This document shows, in pieces, positions 50,790 to 61,870 of a stretch of 64,000 bases of DNA. The notes under the pieces are model-generated. The model had not been told where the DNA came from. It did no database searches and worked only from the letters and a program-made list of their open reading frames with translations. The stretch is from contig JAVKOQ020000069.1 in NCBI GenBank assembly GCA_031835245.2, positions 1 to 64,000 on the forward strand, read 5' to 3'. Both the position numbers and the translations under genes were made by a program. The DNA is from Balamuthia mandrillaris (taxonomy: Eukaryota). Position 1 is the stretch's first letter; each line of letters opens with the position of its first letter.

Positions 50790-51431
50790 TCACTGGCTTC
50801 CCTTCTTGAGCTTCGCGGCCAGCTCGGCCACGTGCTTGCCCTGAGCCCTGCCGCAGGCCTTCTCGTTCTCGCTGACCGGACGGCTGCCATCCCCACCGGT
50901 GATGTAGGTGGAGCCGTAGGGGCTGCCTCCCGTGATCTCCTCCATGCTCCGCTGCTCGTTGCAGGTGTAGGGCAGGCCGGCGTAGACAAAGCCCAGGTGC
51001 AGCAAGGGGGCGATCATGGAGAAGAGCGTGACCTCGTTGCCGCCGTGCTGGGAGCCGCTGCCGGTGAAGGCGCTGGCCACCTTGCCCACCAGGGCGTTGG
51101 TGGCCCAGAGGCCTCCCAAGGAGTCCAGGAAGGTCTTGAGCTGGGCGCTTACAGCGCCGAACCGAGTGCCACCGCCGATGATGAGGGCGTCAGCGCTCTG
51201 CAGGATCTCCGTCATCTTCTGGCGGTCGGCGTCGATGAAGGGCACGTCCTTCATGGCCTGCTTGGCGCCGGTGGCGCCCATTTTGTCCACCACCTCGGGC
51301 GGCAGGGTCTCGGAGACCTGGTAGACCTCCACCTCCACGCCCTCCACCTGCTTGGCCCCCTCCGCGATGGCCTGGGCCATCACCCAGGCGTGCGTGTACA
51401 TGGAGTGAAAAACGATCACCACTTTGGCCAT
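50790..51431 (-). CDS. wrbA: NAD(P)H:quinone oxidoreductase, WrbA/Pst2 flavodoxin-like
   Basis: KV.IVFHSMY.H, V.ETLP.EV, TRFG...AQ.K.FLD..GGLW...L.GK, QHGG.E and GGSPYG motifs. Confidence 0.93.
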   Translation of the reverse strand: MAKVVIVFHSMYTHAWVMAQAIAEGAKQVEGVEVEVYQVSETLPPEVVDKMGATGAKQAMKDVPFIDADRQKMTEILQSADALIIGGGTRFGAVSAQLKTFLDSLGGLWATNALVGKVASAFTGSGSQHGGNEVTLFSMIAPLLHLGFVYAGLPYTCNEQRSMEEITGGSPYGSTYITGGDGSRPVSENEKACGRAQGKHVAELAAKLKKGSQ

Positions 51432-51877
51432 TTTAAATGTGTTCCTGCTTGCCGAGAGGTTTCTGTGTGAAAGGGGTTTATTTTTTTTTGCGTAGCAGCA
51501 GCAGCAGCGGTTTGTATCCGTGTGGTAAAAGAGGGAAAAAAAAACAAACACGGGATGATACGTTTAAAAGGTGCCCGCCGGGAAAGTTGAGGGAAACGCT
51601 GCGACAGAACCACGACGAAAAAAAAAACCTTCCCGGTGCCGGAAAGAAATGCCATTGGTTCGTCGGCCAGATTATTTTTTCCGTAATATTCCCGATAGGT
51701 TTCGAAATTTCGTTAGGATCTTATGATCTGCGATCGGAAACAACAGTCGATCTGGAGGGGAAGGGTCCAGGATCGACACCGGTGCAGAGCAAAAAACATT
51801 TTTGTTCGGAGTAATTTAGAGGAAAAACAAAGAAAGGAAAGACGCACAAACTGTTGCGGATCGTTTAGGAACCAGGC

Positions 51878-52760
51878 ATGACGAGCACCACCAGCAAAGT
51901 GTTGTGTGTAGTCGGTGGCATCGCCGCTGCTGCTGTGGTTTCCGTTCCTCTCTTTTACTACCTCACAAAGCGCAACGATCATCATATCGCAGTTACGTTA
52001 AAAAATCCGTTTCTCCTTTTTTTTTCTTTTTCATTTTTCTCACTTCTTTTCTTCTTGTTTTCCTTCCAAGTTTAGGTTTTGTTGCGGCCGGACAACACGC
52101 TAACACCTGAGTTTCGAGCAAAGCTCACCGAAATATTCTTCACCTTAGATAAAGATGGCGGTTGGCTTTCTTCATGTTCTTTCTATGTCTTCTTTCTCCT
52201 TCCTCTTCTTCTTCTTGTTCTTCTCCTGCTGCTTCTTCCTTCTTCTTCTTCTTCTTCTTTTTCTTCTCCTGCTGCTTCTTCCTTCTTCTTCTTCTTCTTC
52301 TTCTTTTCTTCTTTTATCTAAAACTGAATTCACAACCATACAGATGGAGCACTGAACGAGGCTGAGATGGACAACCTTGTGTTCATGACGGAGGGGGTGC
52401 ACCTCACTCCCGAAATGTCTGAATTCATTCGGGCAAACTTTGAAACAAACAACAAAGTAACCTCTTCCCTCGGTCTCATCACTCTCTTTTTCTTTCTTGT
52501 CGTTTCTTTCTTTCTTTCTCTCTTCCTGTACTCCCTCTCTCTCTCTCTCTCTCTCTCTCTTTCCTTTGCTTCAATGCTTGTTCCTCTTTTTCTCAAACAC
52601 GAAAACAAAAACCAAAAAGGGCTGGTTAACGCTTCCAGGATTTTTGGCCTCGTACCAATGGATCGTCAACAATGTGGACGATAGAGCGGCAGAGGAGGCC
52701 CTCGCCAAGGACCTGCGGGTCTACGGCTACACTTACACCCAGTTCAAAACCTCCTCTTAG
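51878..52760 (+). CDS. Small membrane-anchored EF-hand protein
   Basis: N-terminal TM segment (VLCVVGGIAAAAVVSVPLFYYL); spliced EF loop DKDGDGALNEAE; second EF-like segment GWLTLPGFL...DL..YGY. Confidence 0.75.
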
Positions 52761-52956
52761 TTAACTTTCCTTCCTCTGGCGTTCCTTTCTTTCTGTTCCA
52801 TTTTTGTTTTTTTCGATTATTTGTCAGTTTTTGATATTTATCGAACACTCTCATTTTATTGGATTTTTTATCGATTTCGTGAATTTTGTTCAAAATATCG
52901 ATTTAATCTGTTTATTATCGCAAATATCCGAACAAAAAAAAAAAGAAAGAAGAAAG

Positions 52957-53330
52957 ATGTCCGCAAAGAGCAAGCTGTTGGAAGGAGCGAAACGAGCGGA
53001 AGTTCTGCGTTCGTTGCAAGGCTGGCAGGAATGCACGGGACGAGACGCCATCCGTCGTTCTTTCTTGTTCCGTAACTTTCGCTCCGCTTTTGATTTCATG
53101 GCTCACGTCGCCATTTTTGCCGATCAGGTCTTTTTTTTTCTCTAATGTTTTTTTTTGTTGATTCGAAGTACTGATGTTGCGAACATAAGTAGAAGAACCA
53201 TCATCCAGAATGGTGCAACACTTACAACAAAGTGGACGTGACGCTGTCCACCCACTCAGCCGGCGGTGTGACCGAGAAAGACGTGGAGTTGGCCACTTTC
53301 ATGGATGACACTGCAAAACGTTACAAATAA
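52957..53330 (+). CDS. PCBD: Pterin-4-alpha-carbinolamine dehydratase
   Basis: I.R.F.F.NF..AF.FM..VA..A followed after one intron by NHHPEW.N.YNKV.VTL.TH..GG.T.KD..LA. Confidence 0.95.
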
Positions 53331-53396
53331 CCATCTCTCTCTTTCTTCTTCTCTCTTTTCTTCTCTTTTTTTTTTTATTGTTTATTATGTCGGTAG

Positions 53397-53945
53397 TTAC
53401 TGTAAAGAAGGAGGCAGTTGCTCTCTTTGCTTCTCCGTCAACAAACTCGTCCACCTCTTCACTCTCTTCCAACTCTCATCTTCCTTTTTCTCCGCAGCCG
53501 AAACAGCGTAAGAAAGATCCAACAACGATTCCGCGGCGGCCACTTGAGCCTCCAACGAGAAGCCATACTTCTTTCTCATCTCCTCTGAAAGTACCATCCC
53601 CATCCTTCCTCGCAGCCACTCTAACCCTGGCACTTGTTTCATCATCATCTCTCGCTTCTTCTGTTCGTCTTTAAGCGAAGAAGAAGAAAAGAGGACAGAT
53701 GTTTCCATCATTCGAAGAACCGTTCGTCCCAACACTCCAATTAGGCGCAATGCTGTTACGATGGAGGAAGAGGAGGAAGAAACCGAAGGAGACGGACTGA
53801 GGAATTGAGGCCAAAGTTTGGTGACTATGAGGTCGTTGTAGGTCCATACCCATCCGCCGTACGCTCCCATCAATTCTCCACATTTCAACACTTGGTACAT
53901 TCCTAGTTTGTGTTTTGAAAAAATGAGACCAGTTAGAGAAAGGGA

Positions 53946-54007
<62 letters not shown>

Positions 54008-57000
54008 GGAAAGTTACCATTAGGATCATGACACTCTCGAATGCTGGTCATGAGACTTTGATCTAGCAACGTATTCAACGGGACCGGCAAAGAACAATGC
54101 GAAGAAGTTTCAGAAGAAGAAAAGGAAGGATGCCACCGACAAATCTCGCACAACTCCAAAAAGTCATTCTGCAACGTTCTTTTTGCTCCTTCGCCTTCTC
54201 CTTCCTCCTTTGTCATCGTCTCTTGTTCTTTCTCCTCCGTTGTTGCTGTATCCACTTCTGTCGTCAACAAAGATTGGATCCATTTATCCACCATTCTTTC
54301 TTCCCTTTTCTTTTCATCATTGCGAAGAAGAAGAGAAGGCCAAATTCTCGTCATATCAAGCAAGAAAGGAATCTCATTTCTTGTTCCTCCGTTACCTCCT
54401 TTCTCACAACTGACAACTTTCTCCTTTTCGTTTGCGTTGTTGTTGGCGGCAGCAGCTTGAACGATGAGAGCTTTGAAGAGCATATCAAAGCAGAGAACTC
54501 GTGCTCGTTGCAAGTCATTGCAAAGTCTCGCCAAAGCAGCGAAGCAGCGACAGAGGCTTGCTCGTTCCCAACGTGCCAGTTCAAAGTCGTTTTGGAGTTT
54601 CTTTCGTTTAGGGGTTGTCATAGGTGTTGCTGGGTTTGAGCGAAGAAGGAAGAGTAAACGATAGTAGGTGTCGTGATGAAGAATGGCAAAAGCAAAATGT
54701 TGCATCAACTTCTCCCAAAAAGAACGATTGCCTTCTTCTTTCTTCAACTCTGCGATTTTCCAAATGAGACAAACCAAAAGTTCTTCTTTTGGGCCGATCT
54801 TTCTTCGTTTCTTTTCGTCAGCGGCTTCGTTCTTCTTCCGTTTCTTCTTTGCATCGTTGATGGAAGCCGTTCGTTGTGCTCGTTGTTTCTTCCATTCTTT
54901 GACCGCTCTTTCACGAATGACTGTCACAAGAACAGGTACCAATCGCATCTCGTTGATGTTGTTTTCATGACTTAACTCTTCTGCCACCGCGTCAAATGTG
55001 GTTTTGTTCAGCCGTTTTAGCAGTTGTTTGATCGCCAAATCGCCAGAAGAAGAGGTTGTGCTGACTTTCTTTGTCTTTTTAGCAGGAGAAGGAGTAGATC
55101 GAATTGATTGAGGTTCTGTTGTTGCTTCTGTTCTGTTGTCGGGTTTTTCTTGGTCGGATCTCTTTCGTTTTTTCGAGGTAGACGCAAGTTGCTCCTCTGG
55201 GTGATTTGTTGCAGATAGAGAAGGAGGGGAACAAGAGAGGGTGGAAGGTTTTGTTGTTGTCTGTTGCGATCTGATCCCAGCAGCAAGAGTTTTTTGGGCT
55301 TTTACTGTTTTTCGTTTCAGGCTTTTCAGTTTAGATGAAGCAGCTGCTTTCTTGGTCTTAGTGGCTTTCGTTGATGTTTTAGTTGTATCTTTTTTCTCTT
55401 CGGTTTTCTTTTGAGATGCTGGCTCTTGTTGTTCAACAGGGAGTGTAGAAGAGACAAGGGCAGAAGTAGAAGATGAAGTACCAGAACAAGTCAACAGAGA
55501 TGAAGGGGTGGAAAGAGCAGATGATGATGAAGCAATGGGAGGAGAAAAGGAAGAAGAAACAGAGGGCAATACTTTTGAGGAAGAAGGAGATGGAAGAGGA
55601 GGAGAAGAAGCTGGTATGATTGATGAAGATAAAGAAGAAGGCGGTGGAGATCCAATTCCAGAGAGAAGCTCATCGATGCGGGAATAAGCAGTGTTGGTGG
55701 AGGGAGCAGATGAAGATTGAAAAAGTGAAGAAGTGGTTGAAGGATGAGGGGGTTGTATCCGGTGTTCCCGTGCAACAATTGGGGAGGTACTTCCGTTCTG
55801 TTCAATGTCTTCATAGGAGAATAGCTTCCGTCCATCTCCTTCGGTTGTTGTTCTCGTTCTTTTTTCTTGCGTCTTGACTGCTTTTTCTGTTTGTTTCTCT
55901 TTCTTTTTTTCTTCTGTTCGATTCTTTTCTTTTCTTTTTTCTCCCGTTTCTGATTGCTGCTTTTTGTTGTTTGAAAGGCTTTGAATGCTCTGCTCTATTT
56001 GCATCTCTGCATCTTGTGGCAGCAAGTCTTTTGGCATTACTGCTTCTCTCTCTTCGGGCTCTACCATCAACATTCTTCTCAACAGCTCTTCTGAGCGTCG
56101 CACCATTTCTTCTTCTTTTTTGTCTCGTTCTCGTTCTCGTTCTCGTTCTCGTTCTCGTTCTCGTTCTCGTTCTCGTTCTCGTTCTCGTTCTCGTTCTCGT
56201 TCTCGTTCTCGTTCTCGTTCTCGTTCTCGTTGCTGTTTTTCTCTTTCTGCTCGTTCTTCTTGTTCTCTTTCTTGTTCTCTTTGCGTTTGTTGTTCAACTT
56301 CAGGGGTTACCTTTTCTTCTTGTATTGTTTGTAGTTCTTCTGTGTCTTGTTCCACATCTTCTTCCATGTCTCCAAAAAGATTCTCTTCCATTTCTCGATC
56401 TCTTCTTTCTTCTTCTGCTGCTTCTTCCGCTTTTCTTTTCTGTTCTTCTTCTTGTTCTTCTTGTCTGTCTTTTGTCTTCCGATCTTCATCAACCTTTTGC
56501 ATAAATGTTGTATCTTCTCGGTTCTTGTCTCCCTCTATTTTCTTTGCTTCTTCATCTTCTTCGTCTGCTTCCTTTTCCTCTCCTTTCATTTCCTTCTCAA
56601 GTTCTTTTTCTAGTTCTTTCTCCAATTCACTCTGCATTTCCTGTTCTTCCTTCTGTTCGACTGCTTTACGCTCCAAAGTTTCTGCTTTGATATTTTCTGC
56701 TTGTGCTTCTTCAAATCTCTGCTCCTTGTCGTTCTCTTTCTCTTTTTTATGCTCGTCCGCTTCTGTTTTGAACAAATTCCATTCTGCGTCAACCAACCGC
56801 TGAATGAGTTGATCTTTTTTTCCCCAATGCCTCAACTCGAGTCGTTTCAGCATTTGTCCAAGTTCTTTCGTTGTCGTCTTCTGCAATTCAGCCGTTCTTT
56901 TCTGTTTCCATTCCTTTTCTTTGTCTTCTGTTGCTGTTTCATCCTTTTCTTCTGCTTCTTCTTGTTTTTGTGGTTGTCGATCCATCACAAAAACTTCATC

Positions 57001-58663
57001 CCGTTCTTCCAAATCAGGAACAATTTCACTCGCTTCTGTCTCGTTTTCTTTTTCTTTCTCTTTTTCAGCATCACCATCTCTAACAACGAAAGATTGTTGC
57101 GGAGTAGAAGCTTCCTTTGTTTCGCTTCTTCTATGTCTATGTTTTGCTGTTGGTTGTTCTTCGTTTCTCACTTTATCTTCCTGAAGTTGTTGCGGTAAAG
57201 ATGATGAAGGGATTATATTGGTTGGTTTATCGGCTACAACTGCAGCGGCAGCATAGGGCGCGTAGCTCAAAGTTGGTAACAGGGACTGCCATGACGAAGG
57301 AGTGGAGGCAGCGTTTCTCTTACCGTTCAATAAGGTTTTGGCAAGCTGTTTGTTATTTTGGAGCGCTAAGTTGGTTTTCTCTTTTTGTTGTGTTTGCTGT
57401 TGTGACGGTGGTTGTTGTTGGAGCTCTTCTCCAGCGGAACTTTCATCTGAGGCTCTATCTTCGCTTTCCATTCCTTCTAGTTCAATCATCAACTCTCTTT
57501 CCATCTCGTGACTTTCTGTGTCTTCCATTGCCTTCTCTCCTCTTTCTCGTTCTCCTGGTGTTGCTCTTGCTGCTTCTTCTTCTTCTTCACTTCCAACGTC
57601 CATCGATGTCGCCCCGGTGCTTTTTTTCTTCATCTCTTCTTCCATCTGTCTTTCAGCGGTTGTTCTCGTTTCTCCTTTTGTGCTCACTCGGAGCATCCTC
57701 TTTCCTCTCCCTCTCTTCCCCTTTCCATTGTTGCTTTCCTCTTCCACATCTTCTTTATCTTGTCCCTCCTCAATCATCGTCGTCGTCATCGCCTCTATAT
57801 CTTCCGGTACAGCCACTCCAGCCATCTCCATTTCTACCAACAGCCGCTCCACCTTAATATTCAACCGCTCATTCACTCGCTGCATATTCCTCAGCTTGCT
57901 GCAGAGGTGTACGTTCTCCCGGTTGAGCATGTGGAGGTCATGATCCTTGGCGCTGCTCTCCTTCTTCAACTTGTTGATCTCCCTGCGAAAGCCCCTCTCC
58001 ATCTCCTTCCAGTCGTGTGCGAGCGCAATGTCCGCCTCCAGCTGCCTATTGTATGCTTTGAGGGCGTTGAGTTGGCTTTCGGATTTTTGGAGGTCTGCCG
58101 TGAGGCGCTCGACCTGGCCCTCTCGTTGGGTGAGGCTCTGCCGCATGGGGATGACCTCGCGCAGCAGCTGGTCCATTTGGAGGCGCAGCGTGGAGGTGAC
58201 GCGTTGATCGGTTTCCATTTGGGCCAACTTTTCTTCCACTGTTTGTTTTGGATCATAACATAGGTCAGTCTATTGGCAAAACAACGAAAGGAGGGAGAGA
58301 GAGAGAGAGGGAGAGAGAGGGAGAGAGAGAGAGAGAGGAAAGAGAAACGGGGGAGAGAGAGAGAGAGAAGCGAAAATGCAAAGTCAGAAACAAAGAAGCA
58401 GCAAACGTACGGTCATGCACGGTTTGACGGAGCTCATGCTCGGTTTGAGAGGCCTGTTGGAGCTTCTGTTGGGAGGCCGTGTAGAGAGAGACGATGGTGG
58501 AGGTGTCGATGATTTTCTCTTTGAGCTTCAGCAGGTTGCTGCGCATGAGTTGGTTTTGACGCTGCAGCTCCTCTCCCTTCGGATCCGCTGGAGAGTGGGA
58601 CGAAGAAGAAGCAGAACAAGAAGAAGAAGAAGAGCCATGGTGAAGCGGAATCGGATCCTCCAT
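53397..58663 (-). CDS. ICE1: ICE1-like protein (Little Elongation Complex scaffold) with an internal SAP domain, 3 exons, about 1660 aa
   Basis: N-terminal LLKLKEKIIDT...Y coiled coil; C-terminal LCR.....R...DLQRARVLC, W.WTYN.....LWP, LRLIG.LG and Q.AA...L.DLS motifs in the order I recall for animal ICE1; long disordered middle region. Confidence 0.75.
56123..56230 (-). repeat. Coding hexamer repeat (GAACGA)n encoding (ER)n
   Basis: About 18 perfect units in frame in the ICE1-like gene. Confidence 0.9.
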
Positions 58664-59225
58664 AGTACCAGCGGAAAGACAATACAAGAATCACTTTTTA
58701 CCGGTGTTTTGATGATGTGTAGTTTTTCTTTTTTTTTTGTTTGTTCTTCTTCACAACAAGTACAAAGAAGCCATCCAACAAAACCCGTTACGCAAAACGA
58801 AAATAAACGGGCAAAAGGGGGATCGGCACGAAAGGAAAAAGAGCAAAGCGGAGGGAGGAGAACCCTTTTGGAAAAAAAAAAGTGTTTCTTCTTTCTTTCC
58901 TTTCTTTTTTTGAGACCTGTTCTTTTCTTGACCTTTGCAAACCTCATGACGACCCGATTATTTTGTCGACAGGAAAAGATTCTAGAATATGTTTGAATTT
59001 CGGTTGGCCAGCAGGCACGGTTTGATTTTCAATTGGAGAATGAATTCAACGGGAGAAGCACATGGGAAGAAAAGAGAAGAGAAGAGAACGATGAAGAGAA
59101 GTGAAGAGAAGAGAACGACGAAGAGAGAGAGAAACGGAGGAGCTCTTTTCATGAAGTAGAAGGAAAAACAAACTTTTTTTTCTTACCCAAAAATATTCTC
59201 TCTTCTGGCCCACTCTTAGTTGTTG

Positions 59226-59780
59226 TTATTGCCATTCCTTTTTGTACTCTGCTTTCATCCTGTCCTCCTCCAAGCTCTTCCTCTTTTCCTTCGCTTCCTC
59301 CCTCTTCTCCTCATCGGTCTGCCCTTGTTTTGTCCTTGTTTCCTCCTCATCGTCTTTCCTCCCTCTCTCCTCATGCCTCGCTCTGCCGCTGCCGCTGGCG
59401 TGGCTGTTCTGGCGATAGTTCTCCTGGTTGTTGGAGGAACGTATTCCAGGGGCGTCCGTGGGGTAGCCAGCCACCGGCTCGTGCCTCATGACGGAGAGGT
59501 CGGCCGCCATGCCGGCCTCCACCACGGCCCGGTCCGCTCTCGGCGTGCCCAGCTCCTTTTGCCTCTGGAGTATGCCCTCCCACTCCAGGCTCCTGTCGTG
59601 TAGGACCCTGCCGGTGGCCTGCTTCAGGGTGCCGCCCACCGTATTTTGGGGATGTGGTTGTTGAGGAGGAGGAGGAGGAGGAGAGGCGGAGAAGCAGAAG
59701 AAGCGCTTGTGGAGAAGGAAGAGAGGCGAAGAAGAGAAAGAAGAAGAATGGCGGCGAGGGAGATGAAGGCCGCGAAGCAT
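59226..59780 (-). CDS. Mitochondrion-targeted protein with one CsbD-like repeat and a hydrophilic tail
   Basis: Presequence MLRGLHLPRRH...KRFFCFSAS; VGGTLKQATGRVLHDRSLEWEG motif; paralogous to 60808-61575. Confidence 0.75.
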   Translation of the reverse strand: MLRGLHLPRRHSSSFSSSPLFLLHKRFFCFSASPPPPPPQQPHPQNTVGGTLKQATGRVLHDRSLEWEGILQRQKELGTPRADRAVVEAGMAADLSVMRHEPVAGYPTDAPGIRSSNNQENYRQNSHASGSGRARHEERGRKDDEEETRTKQGQTDEEKREEAKEKRKSLEEDRMKAEYKKEWQ

Positions 59781-60807
59781 CGTTTTGGTTTGGGGTTTCG
59801 GTTTATCGCTCTAGCGAAGCGGTTTGAAGAGCTTTTGTTTTCTTCGGGCCCGTCTCTGCTTCTTGCGGCGTTGTTTGCCGAGAAGCCTTCGGAGGAGTCG
59901 ACGGATGGGACCCACCGGGATGATGATCGGTATGATGATTGGAACGCCTATTTTGTTTACCACGCAAAAAAAAAAAAAAAACAAAACAAAAACAAAAACA
60001 AAACGGGTTTGGTCTTCTTTTTTTGAAGCAGTTGTGTGGTGAGTGAGAGAACCACAGGCCTGTTAAAAAATGGTTCGTTGCGGTGTTTGTTCTTGTTAAC
60101 TATTTTAATAGTTTGGGTTGGGCTTGCTTCTTTATATGCGGGATGCACGAGAAGACTTTAGAACGACAAAAAAGAGGAAGAAACTCGGAGGAAGATAGGC
60201 AGAAAAACCAGAAGCAGAGCGGAGAGCAACAAGCATCATCCGGCTATTTACCCAACAAAAACCTGATGGTCAGGTCCCCCCCCCCCATCCCGCCTCGGAA
60301 AGGAAGCACCCCTCCGGCGTGCACTCGGCAAGCATTGCCGGGTCGCATCGATGAAGATGACGCACGGGACTCCGTGATTCCAACGCTTAGATTGAGGCAC
60401 TCCCGGCAGCCCTCCCCCCGGCCAACGCTTTTGTTGTTCCCAGGTGCCTCCTCCCTCTCCCCACCGCCCCACTGCACACGCGACCAGCTCCACTCTCTCG
60501 CTCTCTCGCAAAAAGAACTACATCCTACCTAATCCATCGCTCTTTTTTTGCTTTCTCTCATTCTCAAACGGAATATTCGATGTGGCAGGCTGCGAATACC
60601 TGAAACGAGGCACAACAGGGGAAAAACAAAACTTGTATCTGTGTTATCCCCAGCCTTTATTTTTTGCCGGTGTTTGGTGGTGCAACATTTTTTTTTTTTG
60701 TTATTTCTGCATGGTCCAGCCGTTCTTGCTTGAACTTTCACTTTCGGAGTTTGAAGCGGAGAAACTTCAGCCAATGCACGAGTAAGAAAAACGAACGGTT
60801 GGTTTAT

Positions 60808-61575
60808 TTACATTTTGCCGCCTTCGTTCCTCTCCCTCCTTCCCCTCTCCTCCAAGTCCTCCTTCCCCATCATCTTCCCGGCCTTCTCCTTCAAACTGCC
60901 CTTCATCTCGTGTCCCTTTTGCTTCATCCACTCCGCCGTCTTGTTCTGATGCTCCTCGCCCAACTGCTGCTTCCTGCCTTCCTCCTGCATGTCCTGGTTG
61001 CCTGCCATGCGTCCCATTCCCTCTTTGGCCTTGCCCATGACCCGGTCGCTCATGTTGGCGTCGGTGGACGGCCCGCCGCCCTGGCTCCTCTGCGCCTTGC
61101 CTTGGGCCTCCCAGTCCTCCCTGCCGGCTACCTTTCCGGTGGCCTCCTTGGCGCCGCCCATCATGCGGTCTCCCATTTGGGCGTTTGCGTGGGAGTGGCC
61201 GCCGCCCATGACCGTGTCCTTGACATAAGAGGCAGCGTCTTTGGCCTTCTCGCGGAGGGTCTCGGCGCCATGCTTGATGGCGCCTTGGGCCGAAGCCAGC
61301 TCGCTCTCGGTGCGGACTCGCTCGGCGGAGGCCGCCTTTATGCCTTCCTCGCGTTGGATGCGTCCTTCGGCCTCGAGCTCCCTGTCGCCGAAGATCTTGC
61401 CGGTGGCTTGCTTGACGCCCCCGGCGAGCTTGTCGCCGAGCGGGACGTCGTGGCGAGGATCCGATCCCCCCACAGTGGCAAAGGACCTCTGCGCGGTCGT
61501 CAAACGAAGCAGACGAGCATGCGGTTGGATGAGAGAGGAGGACGCGGAAGTGAAACGCACGAGTTGACTTCTCAT
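60808..61575 (-). CDS. Mitochondrion-targeted CsbD-repeat/LEA-like hydrophilin (4 repeats)
   Basis: Presequence MRSQLVRF...AQRSFA; four G..K(E/Q)..G(K/R)..G...(L/W/M)(E/Q)..G repeats; Gly/Glu/Lys-rich. Confidence 0.85.
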   Translation of the reverse strand: MRSQLVRFTSASSSLIQPHARLLRLTTAQRSFATVGGSDPRHDVPLGDKLAGGVKQATGKIFGDRELEAEGRIQREEGIKAASAERVRTESELASAQGAIKHGAETLREKAKDAASYVKDTVMGGGHSHANAQMGDRMMGGAKEATGKVAGREDWEAQGKAQRSQGGGPSTDANMSDRVMGKAKEGMGRMAGNQDMQEEGRKQQLGEEHQNKTAEWMKQKGHEMKGSLKEKAGKMMGKEDLEERGRRERNEGGKM

Positions 61576-61870
61576 TTTTGACCAAAGGTTTTTTTGTTTT
61601 TGTGTTTTTGTGGATGTTCTCTTTTCGTGTGTTTTTTGAAAAGACGAAAGGAGAGAAGGCAGCGTGAAGACGTTTTTGTTTTAAAGGCTGTTGTCGGGAA
61701 GGCAGTCGGAAAGGAGGCAGGAAAGTATGTAGAAAATAGGAAAATAATTGGCAGAAAATCGGATGCAAATCGAATGACAGGAGGGCATCGAAATTTCGCA
61801 ATTCATCCTCTCCTCTCCTCTCCCTTGTCTGTCGACCAAAAAAGATCCAAGCTCTCTTCTCCTCCTCCAT

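Noticed and set aside
50790..51431. Recent bacterial transfer or contamination for wrbA
   Set aside because: The family is widespread in eukaryotes (Pst2/Ycp4), and the flanks match the host style. It cannot be claimed without a phylogeny.
60343..60357. 5.8S rRNA gene
   Set aside because: Only a 15-nt match. The flanks are not rRNA-like and no SSU or LSU sequence is nearby.
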